From NCBI GenBank assembly GCA_963764725.1, contig CAVXTM010000018.1, positions 192,001 to 256,000 of the forward strand: 64,000 nt of DNA, given 5' to 3'. Origin of the DNA: an uncultured Gammaproteobacteria bacterium (GTDB lineage: Bacteria; Pseudomonadota; Gammaproteobacteria; JACCXJ01). The notes beneath the pieces were generated by a model. That model saw only the letters and a list, made by a program, of their open reading frames with translations. It ran no database searches and was not told the DNA's origin. This document shows positions 11,182 to 20,346 of the stretch, piece after piece (within the stretch, counting starts at the first letter, position 1; every line of letters begins with the position of its first letter). Position numbers and translations under genes: made by a program.

Positions 11182-11471
11182 GGGTTGAATATCACCCTCT
11201 CACCGTATTCGATCTCAATGACGCCGTCGTGTACTACAACCAGCAACGTCCTGGCCTTGGTGAGGAGTTTCGGTCCGAGGTGTATGCGGCCATTGCACGC
11301 ATTCGCGCAAATTCATCCCACTACGCCGTTGTCGAGCACGATATTCGCCGCTGCTTCGTGCACCGCTTCCCATACGCTGTCTTGTTCCGCTTTATTAACG
11401 AAGAGGTCATTCGCATACTGATCATTCGCCATCACCGTCGTCATCCAAGCTTTGGCCTTGGTCGCCGATAG
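11178..11471 (+). CDS. RelE/ParE family toxin
   Basis: YY.QQRPGLGEEF, RRCFVHRFPY and HHRRHP motifs. Confidence 0.88.
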   Translation: MRVEYHPLTVFDLNDAVVYYNQQRPGLGEEFRSEVYAAIARIRANSSHYAVVEHDIRRCFVHRFPYAVLFRFINEEVIRILIIRHHRRHPSFGLGRR

Positions 11472-11475
11472 TGAG

Positions 11476-11591
11476 CGGTCGGGGAGGTGTGTGTGTTTTA
11501 CGATGTTGCAGGCTCGACCGTTGAGGTATTGGCGATCGTGCCCAAGTCGGAGGCAACCACATGGCTCGCCCAGTTCGGAAGTCCCAAGTGA
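11476..11591 (+). pseudogene. C-terminal remnant of a RelE-like toxin
   Basis: Reads VGEVCVFYDV..STVEVLAIVPK...; its stop overlaps the Phd GTG. Confidence 0.6.
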
Positions 11592-11830
11592 AGGAAGTCC
11601 CTCTGTCCGAGATCAAGAACGACCTGTCTCGCTTTCTGCGTGAAGCCGAGATACAGGAAATCGTCATCACGCGCCACGGCAAACCGGCCGGGGTGCTCAT
11701 CGGTTTTGAGACGGAGGACGACTGGTTTGATTACCGGTTCGAGAACGACCCGCGGTTCTTGCAGCGGGTCGAGCAAGCACGCCAAAGCCTGCGCGCCGGT
11801 CGAGGCATCAAATTGCGAGACGTGAAGTGA
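11588..11830 (+). CDS. Phd/YefM family antitoxin
   Basis: SEIKNDLSRFL and EIVITRHGKPAGVL motifs. Confidence 0.88.
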   Translation: MKEVPLSEIKNDLSRFLREAEIQEIVITRHGKPAGVLIGFETEDDWFDYRFENDPRFLQRVEQARQSLRAGRGIKLRDVK

Positions 11831-11837
11831 TAGCGCG

Positions 11838-11906
11838 CTCTAACCGCGCGGTCGAAAGCGACGCGCGGCAAGAGCGGCCACACGCGCTTCACGACGAGCG
11901 TTGGCC
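11838..11906 (+). repeat. attC site
   Basis: CTCTAAC...AAGCG.CGCGCG...CGCGCTT...GTTGGCC just after the antitoxin stop. Confidence 0.7.
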
Positions 11907-12570
11907 AGAGCTGAAGGCCGCGGTGCAGTGCCAGTGAACACTCTTCGGCTAACTTGCAGGGGAATCAGCAGAGGCGCCTCTTCTAATGATCTTATCGTGG
12001 TAGGCATGGCAACGCTGGAGATCGCCAGATAGGTGCTCCTAGCCGAGCCGCGTGGCCGTCAGAATCAAGGTCACCCCGAGCGGTGGACGAATGCGGTTTT
12101 TCACGGAGCGGAATCAAGCCGAGAGTGTGTTGCGCATGAGCCGCTTCGCTAGGCTATCTCCGCCGTATCGGAACGATTCGTCAATCCGGCGCCGAAGAAG
12201 GCGCGCGGTCACGAAGCGGGCGCCACACCGACCAAGTTCCAGTACCGAAGATCGTCGATGCGGGTGTTGTGGCGCGCCGCGAGCTCGCACAGCGATTCAC
12301 GCGAATAGCGGAGCGGAAGTGTCCCATGTCCCTATCGCGCGGGCCGAACAATGCCATTAGGGCCGGTACGGTCACGATGAGCCGCCCGCCCGGGCGGGTG
12401 AGCGGCCCAATAGTTTATAGTCTGCGACACGCGTACTGACGAAACCTACGGTCCTCGTTCTTCCAAGGTTTTCGTTCCCGGATAACGGTACCGCGAATGG
12501 ACTCGCACTTGCGTCTCCTGCTGGCAAGGGGGAGGATGGATGAGCGACACGGTGTTTCGCCGAGGTCTCG

Positions 12571-13596
12571 ATGCCCGCCAATCTTACACCCGAGTACAAG
12601 GCCGCGGAGGCCGCGTTTCGCCAAGCCCGCGATCCGCGGGAGCGGTTGGAGCGGCTGCGGGAGATGCTCCGCACAATCCCCAAGCACAAAGGCACCGACC
12701 ACCTTCAGGGGGATATCAAGCGCCGAATCAAGGAACTGTCCGAAGAGATCGAAGGGCCAAAGAAGGGCGGGGCGCGCGGCGGACCGGTGCTGGTCATCCG
12801 GCCCGAAGGCGCCGCGCAGATAGCATTGATTGGGCCGCCGAATGCGGGGAAATCCTCGCTGCACGCGCGCCTCACGGGCTCAGAGGCGCGCGTCGGGCCC
12901 TATCCCTTCACGACCGAGTATCCCGAGCCGGGCATGATGCCTTACGAAGATATTCACTTTCAGCTCGTGGATCTGCCCGCCATATCACCTGATCATCGCG
13001 CGCCGTGGCTTGCCAATACGTTGGAAACGGCCGATGCGTGCCTGCTGGTCGTGGATGTCGGCGAGCCGGATTGCGTCGAACGCATGGAAGCCCTGCACGC
13101 CGTCCTGCGCGAGAAGCGCGTGACGCTGACCGCTCGCTGGGAGCACGGCGCGGAATCGCTAAACACCGCCGCGGAGGCCGATGAGGACCCGTTCGCGCTA
13201 TGGCTTCCCGCGCTCATCCTCGCGAACAAGGCAGAGCGCATCGCCGATGTCGAGGCTGAGCTTGAGGCGTTTCTCGAGCTGACCGGCTTTGGCTATTCCG
13301 CGCTCGCGGTCTCCGCAGAGACGGGCCAGGGGCTCGGCGAGATCGGGCCGTGGCTGTTTCGCAGTCTCGGCATCGTCCGCGTCTACACCAAGGCGCCGGG
13401 CCGTCCCGCGGACAAAGGCCGGCCGTTCACGCTGCGCCGCGGCCAGACTGTGGAGGATGTCGCGCGGCTCGTCCATCGGGACATCGCGCACACGCTTAAA
13501 TACGCGCGCGTCTGGGGCTCCTCGGGGTTCGACGGACAGCACGTGGGGCGTGACCATCCGGTGAGGGATGGCGATCTCATCGAGTTACACACATGA
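12571..13596 (+). CDS. DRG/OBG-family GTPase with C-terminal TGS domain
   Basis: PKHKGTD, GPPNAGKS, YPFTT, DLP, NKAE, VYTK..and DGDLIELH motifs. Confidence 0.9.
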   Translation: MPANLTPEYKAAEAAFRQARDPRERLERLREMLRTIPKHKGTDHLQGDIKRRIKELSEEIEGPKKGGARGGPVLVIRPEGAAQIALIGPPNAGKSSLHARLTGSEARVGPYPFTTEYPEPGMMPYEDIHFQLVDLPAISPDHRAPWLANTLETADACLLVVDVGEPDCVERMEALHAVLREKRVTLTARWEHGAESLNTAAEADEDPFALWLPALILANKAERIADVEAELEAFLELTGFGYSALAVSAETGQGLGEIGPWLFRSLGIVRVYTKAPGRPADKGRPFTLRRGQTVEDVARLVHRDIAHTLKYARVWGSSGFDGQHVGRDHPVRDGDLIELHT

Positions 13597-13723
13597 CAGC
13601 GCGGGCCCACCGCGTGCGAGTGGATCCCGTGCATTCCCTGTACGGAATGGCGGTATATAATAACTGGGACGACTTGACTATGCCGGATCGATGAGCGCAT
13701 TACTAGCATTCTTGGCCATCTGA

Positions 13724-14512
13724 ATGAACATTCAACTGACAGGCAAACGAGCGCTCGTCTGCGGAAGCAGCCAAGGGATTGGCAAGGCCATCGCTATCGA
13801 GTTGTCCCGACTCGGAGCCAGCGTAACCCTCTTCGCGCGTGATCGCGCGCGGCTCAATGAGGCAAAAGCCGCGCTCGCCATCGATCAGAATCGGCACCAT
13901 CATGTGCTGGTCGCCGATTTCAACCGGCCCGATGATCTGAAAGCGGCGCTCGCAGGCTACCTTCCTAAAACCGATCCCGTGCATATTCTGGTGAATAATA
14001 GCGGCGGGCCTCCACCCGGCGCGGCCTATCAAGCGGCACCCGAGGCCTACCTCGCTGCATTTTCACAGCACCTGCTCTGTAATCAGATCCTGGTGCAAGC
14101 GCTGCTGGAAGGCATGAAAGCCGCCGGCTATGGCCGCATCGTGAATATCATCTCGACCTCGGTGAAACAACCGATTCCCGGTCTTGGAGTCTCCAACACC
14201 GTGCGCGGCGCGGTCGCAAGCTGGGCCAAGACTCTGGCCGGCGAGCTCGGTCCTTTCGGCATCACCGTCAATAATGTCTTGCCGGGTTCGACGCGCACCG
14301 GCCGTCTGGCCGCGATCCTGGAAACGAAAGCGCGCGAATACCACCAAGCGCTGGCCGAGATCGAGGCGGCGGAAATGGCATCGATCCCGCTCCGGCGTTT
14401 CGCCGAGCCGCACGAGATCGCTTCGGCGGTCGCGTTTCTGTGCTCGCCGGCCGCCGCTTACATTACCGGGATCAACTTGCCGGTCGACGGCGGCCGCACT
14501 CAGAGCTTGTGA
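13724..14512 (+). CDS. Short-chain dehydrogenase/reductase
   Basis: GSSQGIG, NNSGGPPPG, SNTVR and ITGINLPVDGG motifs. Confidence 0.9.
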   Translation: MNIQLTGKRALVCGSSQGIGKAIAIELSRLGASVTLFARDRARLNEAKAALAIDQNRHHHVLVADFNRPDDLKAALAGYLPKTDPVHILVNNSGGPPPGAAYQAAPEAYLAAFSQHLLCNQILVQALLEGMKAAGYGRIVNIISTSVKQPIPGLGVSNTVRGAVASWAKTLAGELGPFGITVNNVLPGSTRTGRLAAILETKAREYHQALAEIEAAEMASIPLRRFAEPHEIASAVAFLCSPAAAYITGINLPVDGGRTQSL

Positions 14513-14654
14513 AAAAATCTACTGCGCTCGGGATCTCGCGTTCTGGCGGTGCTCGGAATCCTCATGTATTTCAACATACACTCCGGTTCCTGTGCTCCGG
14601 CGGAACGCGACTTCCCTTCGCTCGCGACGATTTTTTCAGAACCTCTCAGTGTCT

Positions 14655-16106
14655 ATGAATATGTTAGAGCGAATCGCCAATTACATCGACGGCCGGCTCG
14701 AAGCGCCCCGCTCCGGCGGTTATATCGATAACATCGAACCCGCCACCGGGCAGGTCTACTCCCTGACCCCGGATTCCGATTCGGCGGATCTCGAACAGGC
14801 GATGACGGCTGCCAGTCGCGCGTTTCCTGAGTGGTCGGCCTTGTCCGCCGAGGAACGCGCCCGGCTCTTGCTCGGCATCGCCGACCGTATCGAAGCGGAG
14901 ACGGAGCCGCTCGCCCGGGCCGAGAGCATCGACACCGGCAAGCCTATCAGCCTGGCCAGGCAGGTCGATATTCCCCGGGCGGTGGCGAATATGCGGTTCT
15001 TCGCCCATGCCATCACCCAGTTTGCGAGTGAAGCCCACAGCATGGGTGCGCTCGCCATCAACTACACCTTGCGGCACGCTTTGGGCGTGGTGGCATGCAT
15101 CTCGCCCTGGAACCTGCCGCTTTATATTTTGACCTGGAAGATCGCGCCGGCTCTCGCGAGCGGCAACTGTGTCATCGCTAAGCCGTCGGAAGTCACGCCG
15201 ATGACAGCGTATTTGCTCGCGCGGATCTGCATCGACCTAGGCTTGCCGAGAGGCGTCTTGAATATCCTTCACGGCGCGGGCCCGCGCATCGGCCGCGCGC
15301 TAGTCGCACACCCCAGGATCAAGGCGATTTCATTTACCGGCGGGACCCGGACCGGGGCAGAGATCGCACGCACCGCGGCGCCCCAGTTCAAAAAACTCTC
15401 ACTCGAGCTCGGGGGCAAGAACCCGACCTTGGTATTCGCCGATTGCGACTGGGATGCGACGCTCGCGACCACGGTGCGCGCCGCGTTCTCGAACCAGGGA
15501 CAGATCTGTTTGTGCGGCTCGCGCATCTTCGTCGAGCAGCCGATCTATGATCGCTTCCGGAGCGATTTCCTGGCCCGCACCGAAGCCTTGGAACTGGGCG
15601 ATCCGCTCGATGAGAAGACCCAGCAAGGCGCGCTCGTGTCCGAGTTACACCTGCACAAGGTGCTTTCCGCGATAGAGCTCGGCCAGCAAGAAGGCGGCAC
15701 GATCCTCGTCGGCGGTCACCGCGTGACGGTGCCGGGACGCTGCGCAGAGGGTTATTTCGTCAAGCCGACGGTATTCGAAGATTTGCCCTTCGATTGCCGC
15801 ACCAATCAGGAGGAGATCTTTGGCCCGGTCGCCACCTTGATTCCGTTCGAGGGCGAAACGCAAGTGCTAGAATATGCAAACAGCACCGAGTATGGCTTGG
15901 CGGCAACGGTTTGGAGCCGCGATGTGCAGCGCTGCCACCGCGTCGCTCAGCAGCTTGAGGCCGGGGTGGTGTGGATCAATACCTGGCTGGTGCGGGATCT
16001 GCGTACGCCTTTCGGCGGGACGAAACACTCCGGCGTCGGCCGCGAAGGGGGCGTGGAGGCCCTGCGCTTTTTTACCGAAACCAAGAACGTGTGCATAAAG
16101 CTGTAG
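14655..16106 (+). CDS. 2-aminomuconate 6-semialdehyde dehydrogenase (ALDH)
   Basis: ISPWNLP, ELGGKNP, NQGQICLCGS, EEIFGPV and RDLRTPFGG motifs; lies in the 3-HAA cluster. Confidence 0.85.
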   Translation: MNMLERIANYIDGRLEAPRSGGYIDNIEPATGQVYSLTPDSDSADLEQAMTAASRAFPEWSALSAEERARLLLGIADRIEAETEPLARAESIDTGKPISLARQVDIPRAVANMRFFAHAITQFASEAHSMGALAINYTLRHALGVVACISPWNLPLYILTWKIAPALASGNCVIAKPSEVTPMTAYLLARICIDLGLPRGVLNILHGAGPRIGRALVAHPRIKAISFTGGTRTGAEIARTAAPQFKKLSLELGGKNPTLVFADCDWDATLATTVRAAFSNQGQICLCGSRIFVEQPIYDRFRSDFLARTEALELGDPLDEKTQQGALVSELHLHKVLSAIELGQQEGGTILVGGHRVTVPGRCAEGYFVKPTVFEDLPFDCRTNQEEIFGPVATLIPFEGETQVLEYANSTEYGLAATVWSRDVQRCHRVAQQLEAGVVWINTWLVRDLRTPFGGTKHSGVGREGGVEALRFFTETKNVCIKL

Positions 16107-16107
16107 A

Positions 16108-16524
16108 ATGTCTCATGCCATCGTCTCGCGAAACGCCCCCGAGCCGGTCGGACCCTATCCTCATGCACGCCGCGTGGGAAGTTTGCTATTCCTCTCGGGC
16201 ATCGGCCCCCGCCGACGCGGGAACCCGACCATCCCCGGCGTCACGCTCGATGCCAACGGAAATATCGTTGACTACGACATCGAGATCCAATGCCGTGCGG
16301 TGTTCGAGAATGTCAGAACCGTGCTCGACGAGGCTGGTTCAAGCTGGGATCGCCTGGTCGATGTCACGGTGTTTCTGACCGATCTCAAACGTGATTTCGA
16401 GACCTATAATCGCGTGTACGCGCAGTATTTCACGGACCACGGGCCTTGCCGCACCACCGTAGAGGTGAGCCGCCTGCCGACTCCGATCGCCATCGAGGTG
16501 AAATGCATCGCGACCATCGATTAG
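16108..16524 (+). CDS. RidA family, probable 2-aminomuconate deaminase
   Basis: [22 protein letters not shown] and [16 protein letters not shown] motifs. Confidence 0.85.
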   Translation: MSHAIVSRNAPEPVGPYPHARRVGSLLFLSGIGPRRRGNPTIPGVTLDANGNIVDYDIEIQCRAVFENVRTVLDEAGSSWDRLVDVTVFLTDLKRDFETYNRVYAQYFTDHGPCRTTVEVSRLPTPIAIEVKCIATID

Positions 16525-16541
16525 ATCCGCCGGAGACCTCC

Positions 16542-17063
16542 ATGCAACGACTTTCACCTCCGATTAATTTCCAGCGCTGGATCGACGCGCACCGCGAGAT
16601 CTTTAAGCCTCCGGTTTGCAACAAGCAGGTGTTCGAGGAAGGCGACTTCATCGTCATGGTTGTCGGCGGCCCCAATAATCGCAAGGACTACCACGTCGAT
16701 GAAGGGCCGGAGTTCTTCTACCAGCTTGAAGGCGACATGCTGCTCAAAACGATCCAAGACGGCATGGTAGTCGATATCGCGATTCGCCAAGGCGAAATCT
16801 TTCTGCTGCCGCCCAAGGTTCCTCATTCTCCACAACGCTACGCCAACACCGTCGGCCTCGTCATCGAGCGTAAGCGCCTCCCCCACGAGCAAGACGGACT
16901 GCAATGGTATTGCGACCACTGCCACGCGCTCCTATACGAAGAGTTCTTTCAGCTACGCAACATCGAGAAAGATTTCCCGCCCGTCTTCGAGCGCTTTTTT
17001 TCCAGCGAAAAACATAGGACCTGCGCGCGTTGCGGCGCGGTGATGGCGACGCCCGGGAGGTGA
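16542..17063 (+). CDS. nbaC: 3-hydroxyanthranilate 3,4-dioxygenase
   Basis: KPPVCNK, VGGPN.RKDYH..E, PHSPQR and rubredoxin-like CxxC...CxxC motifs. Confidence 0.95.
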   Translation: MQRLSPPINFQRWIDAHREIFKPPVCNKQVFEEGDFIVMVVGGPNNRKDYHVDEGPEFFYQLEGDMLLKTIQDGMVVDIAIRQGEIFLLPPKVPHSPQRYANTVGLVIERKRLPHEQDGLQWYCDHCHALLYEEFFQLRNIEKDFPPVFERFFSSEKHRTCARCGAVMATPGR

Positions 17064-17182
17064 AAATATTTCGCCTGGGGCATCCCCCAGGCGACCAAGT
17101 GAGAGTTGCACTACTCCCCTTTGGAAACCCCAATGCTAAGGTTCCCGCGCAAGCGGCGGGTTACTAATGAGTGAACCGGTTC

Positions 17183-18193
17183 ATGCTCAAGATCGACATC
17201 CATACGCACATCTTGCCTCCGCGTTGGCCTGATCTTAAAGAGCGCTACGGTTACGGAGGTTTTATACGGCTTGAGCATACCCGTTGCGGGCATGCGCGCC
17301 TGCTGAGGAACGGCGAGGTCTTTCGCGAGATCGGGGAGAATTGCTGGGACCCGGAGGCGCGGCTGCGCGAGTGCGAGGTCAGCGGGGTGGATGTGCAGGT
17401 GCTGTCCACGGTACCGGTGATGTTCAGTTACTGGGCGAAGCCGGAGCATACCCTTGACCTCTGCCGTCTTCTCAACGATCACATCGCCGGTGTGGTCGAA
17501 GCCCACTCTAAGCGTTTCGTTGGTCTCGGGAGCGTGCCGCTGCAGGACCCCGAGCTTGCCATCGAGGAGATGAAACGATGCATGCGCGAGTTGCGGCTGG
17601 CCGGGATCGAGATCGGTTCGCATGTCAATAGTTGGAACCTGGATGACGCACATCTGTTTCCAGTCTTCGAAGCGGCGCAAGCGCTCGGGGCCGCCGTATT
17701 CGTGCACCCTTGGGACATGCTGGGCAAAGAGCGCATGCCCAAGTATTGGCTTCCCTGGCTGGTGGGCATGCCGGCCGAAACCTCGCTCGCGATCTGCTCC
17801 ATGATCTTCGGCGGTGTCCTGGAAAGATTACCAGGCTTACGGGTGGCCTTCGCCCACGGCGGCGGCGCCTTTCCGGCGACCATTGGTCGCATCGAGCACG
17901 GCTACAAGGTGCGGCCCGATCTCTGTGCCGCGGACATTCCACATAGTCCCCGCGCCTACTTGTCACGCATCTACTTGGATTCGCTGGTGCATGATCCGCG
18001 CATGTTGCGCTACTTGATCGACCTCATGGGAGCCGAGCGCATCGCACTAGGATCGGACTATCCGTTCCCGCTCGGCGAGGTCGAACCGGGGAAGCTCATC
18101 GAGTCGGCCGGATTGGATGCAGAGACAAACGCGCGCCTGCTGCACGGCACCGCGTTGGAATGGCTCGATCTCCCCAAGGACAGGTTCGGTTGA
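17183..18193 (+). CDS. nbaD: 2-amino-3-carboxymuconate semialdehyde decarboxylase (ACMSD)
   Basis: IDIHTH, STVPVMFSYW, FVHPWDM, WLVGMPAET, AHGGG and GSDYPFPLG motifs. Confidence 0.93.
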   Translation: MLKIDIHTHILPPRWPDLKERYGYGGFIRLEHTRCGHARLLRNGEVFREIGENCWDPEARLRECEVSGVDVQVLSTVPVMFSYWAKPEHTLDLCRLLNDHIAGVVEAHSKRFVGLGSVPLQDPELAIEEMKRCMRELRLAGIEIGSHVNSWNLDDAHLFPVFEAAQALGAAVFVHPWDMLGKERMPKYWLPWLVGMPAETSLAICSMIFGGVLERLPGLRVAFAHGGGAFPATIGRIEHGYKVRPDLCAADIPHSPRAYLSRIYLDSLVHDPRMLRYLIDLMGAERIALGSDYPFPLGEVEPGKLIESAGLDAETNARLLHGTALEWLDLPKDRFG

Positions 18194-19014
18194 TGGACAT
18201 GCGCATCACCTTGAGCGGCCAACGCTATAGGGTCAAACTCGATAGCCCAATAAGCCTCGCGATACCGCTCGCTTTCGGCGGCGCGCAGCCGAGCTTCTTC
18301 GGCGCGCCTCGGGCGAGCGCGGCGCCGCTCGCGATCGGGGGCTTCGTGGGTGACATCACCCAGGGCGGGAGTTGCAACGTCGCCGAGTTGCGGCTCGTGC
18401 CCCATTGCAACGGCACTCACACCGAATCGGTGGGCCATATCGTGCGTGAAGCGATGCCGATCGCCGCCTGTTTGACGCGAACGCTCATTCCGACCCGCGT
18501 CATCACCGTTACCCCCTCTGCAGCCGATGGGACCCAAGATCGATATATACCCGCCACAGAGAGCGATGATTGGCTCATCACCCGCGACGCATTGGAATTC
18601 GCGCTGCGCGATCTCGAGAGCGATGAGATCCAAGCATTGGCCATGCGTACCCTGCCCAACGATGAATCGAAGAAAAACCGGCGTTACGGGGACGCGTGCC
18701 GGCCGCCGTTTTTCTCCCTCGAGGCCATGCAAACGCTCATCGACCGCGGCGTGGAGCATGTGCTCGTAGACCTTCCCTCACTCGACAAGATGCATGACGA
18801 GGGGCGCTTGACCAATCATCACTTATTCTGGAACGTCCCCGCGGAAGGTCATGCGCTAACGGCTGAGACCAAGATTTTTAAGACAATCACCGAGATGATC
18901 TTCGTGCCCAATGAGGTACGAGATGGATGTTACCTGCTCGACCTCCAGGTACCCGCGTTTATGAGCGATGCCGCGCCGTCGAGGCCGGTGATCTATCCCT
19001 TGGAGCCGGCATGA
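18193..19014 (+). CDS. Cyclase family protein (kynurenine formamidase-like)
   Basis: PHCNGTHTESVGH, VDLPSLD, TITEM and DAAPSRP motifs; TGATG coupling. Confidence 0.85.
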   Translation: MDMRITLSGQRYRVKLDSPISLAIPLAFGGAQPSFFGAPRASAAPLAIGGFVGDITQGGSCNVAELRLVPHCNGTHTESVGHIVREAMPIAACLTRTLIPTRVITVTPSAADGTQDRYIPATESDDWLITRDALEFALRDLESDEIQALAMRTLPNDESKKNRRYGDACRPPFFSLEAMQTLIDRGVEHVLVDLPSLDKMHDEGRLTNHHLFWNVPAEGHALTAETKIFKTITEMIFVPNEVRDGCYLLDLQVPAFMSDAAPSRPVIYPLEPA

Positions 19015-19294
19015 CGGTATTGGAAATCCACGCCCTTAATGGGGAGACGGACATCGATCCAACCCCGGCACGAAAGCTCATCGAGCACGGCCGGCTACTG
19101 CGGCGGAAGGAGGATCTGAAGGGCGCGGAAGAAGGAGAGAGTGTCTCTCGAAGCGGTTGCTAGGCAAACATTAGCCGGCCACCATCCAATGACAGGGCGG
19201 GTTGGGCGTCGCTTTTTGCGCCGTAACTCGCCAAGCCGTTGGCCGCAGGCCGACTCTTCAACGTGCTTGCCAGCCCGCATTCCAAGGAGACGCG

Positions 19295-19362
19295 CTAACC
19301 CGCTGCCGGACGAAGCGCAGCGTAGTGGGCAGTCCTAGCTAGAGTTGATGCGATAGTTAGGC
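19295..19362 (-). repeat. attC-like site (truncated)
   Basis: Minus strand GCCTAAC...ATCAAC...ACTGCCC..GCTGCGC..GGCAG..GGTTAG after the antitoxin stop. Confidence 0.55.
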
Positions 19363-19371
19363 TTCAAGGCT

Positions 19372-19680
19372 CTACGCCGCGAGTTCTTGGAGAACTTCGG
19401 GATGGCGCTCGGCGATCTTGAGCAGAGTTTTCGCCGCCCCAGACGGTTTACGCCGGCCTTGCTCCCAGTCTTGCAAGGTGCGAACCGAGACCCCAAGGAG
19501 TGCAGCAAATGCAGGCTGCGATAATCCGGATGCAATCCGTGCCCGTGCTACTTCAGAGACACCCGGTTGGTGCGTGCGGCCACGAGCCTCAGCCTTCATT
19601 TCTCGCACGGAAGCGAGCAGTTCGGCCCCGATATCGCGCTTGGCATCGCGCGTATTCAATTCACGTTCGGTCTTAGGCAT
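19372..19680 (-). CDS. HigA-like HTH antitoxin
   Basis: GLSQPAFAALLGVSVRTLQDWEQGRRKPSGAA motif. Confidence 0.9.
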   Translation of the reverse strand: MPKTERELNTRDAKRDIGAELLASVREMKAEARGRTHQPGVSEVARARIASGLSQPAFAALLGVSVRTLQDWEQGRRKPSGAAKTLLKIAERHPEVLQELAA

Positions 19681-19987
19681 TTTCGATTTCCTCCTTGATC
19701 CGGCGAAGCACATGTGAGGGGATGTTCTCTCTCGCACTCTTGCCATAGATCAACAGCAACCAGATTTCACCACGGGTGAGGCGATTGAAGTAGATAACCC
19801 TCACCCCGCCTCGCTTGCCACGGCCAGCGTAACTCCAGCGCACCTTGCGCACGCCGCCGGAACCAGGAACAACGTCACCGGCTTCGGGATTGGCTGCGAT
19901 ATAGGAGGCGAAGGTACTACGTTCCTCCTCGCTCCAGTAGTCGGCGGCTAGGCGCGAAAATGTTGGAGTTTCGATGACAGTGTACAA
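19673..19987 (-). CDS. HigB-2/RelE toxin
   Basis: IETPTF, NPEAGDVVPGSGGVRKVRW and GKRGGVRVIY motifs. Confidence 0.9.
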   Translation of the reverse strand: MYTVIETPTFSRLAADYWSEEERSTFASYIAANPEAGDVVPGSGGVRKVRWSYAGRGKRGGVRVIYFNRLTRGEIWLLLIYGKSARENIPSHVLRRIKEEIENA

Positions 19988-20084
19988 ACGCCTAAATGTA
20001 CGGCATTGCCGTATCACCGTCAATGTCGGGTGACAGCCTCCTTACCGCAAACCTAACGCTTGAATGTCAGCGGGCGCCGGCCCA

Positions 20085-20297
20085 TCACGAAGCCGCAGCT
20101 TTCATTCGAGCCCCGGCCTCTTCCAGAAAGGCCACAACCTGCTCGCGCGTTACAGTTGGGAACCCCTCTAGGAAGTCGTCAATTGACTCACCGCCCGCCA
20201 GCTAGTCGAGAAGGGTCTGCACGGGGACACGGGTACCGGCAAACACGGGGGTGCCTCCCATAATGTCAGGCGCGCAGGTGACCAGTGGTACCATCAT
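20085..20297 (-). pseudogene. DUF433 antitoxin-like gene with internal TAG
   Basis: MMVPLVTCAPDIMGGTPVFAGTRVPVQTLLD*LAGGESIDDFLEGFP; half attC (GTTAGGT at 20051-20057, minus strand) downstream. Confidence 0.8.
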
Positions 20298-20346
20298 GGG
20301 GAGTAGCGTAATCCCGAATCAGGCATAGGAGCAAGGTTAATATCTC

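Noticed and set aside
11907-12570. Possible riboswitch or small genes upstream of the GTPase
   Set aside because: No recognisable aptamer, RBS-supported ORF or motif.
14184-14654. N-terminal extension making the ALDH 640 aa
   Set aside because: Overlaps the SDR; ALDH similarity begins at 14655.
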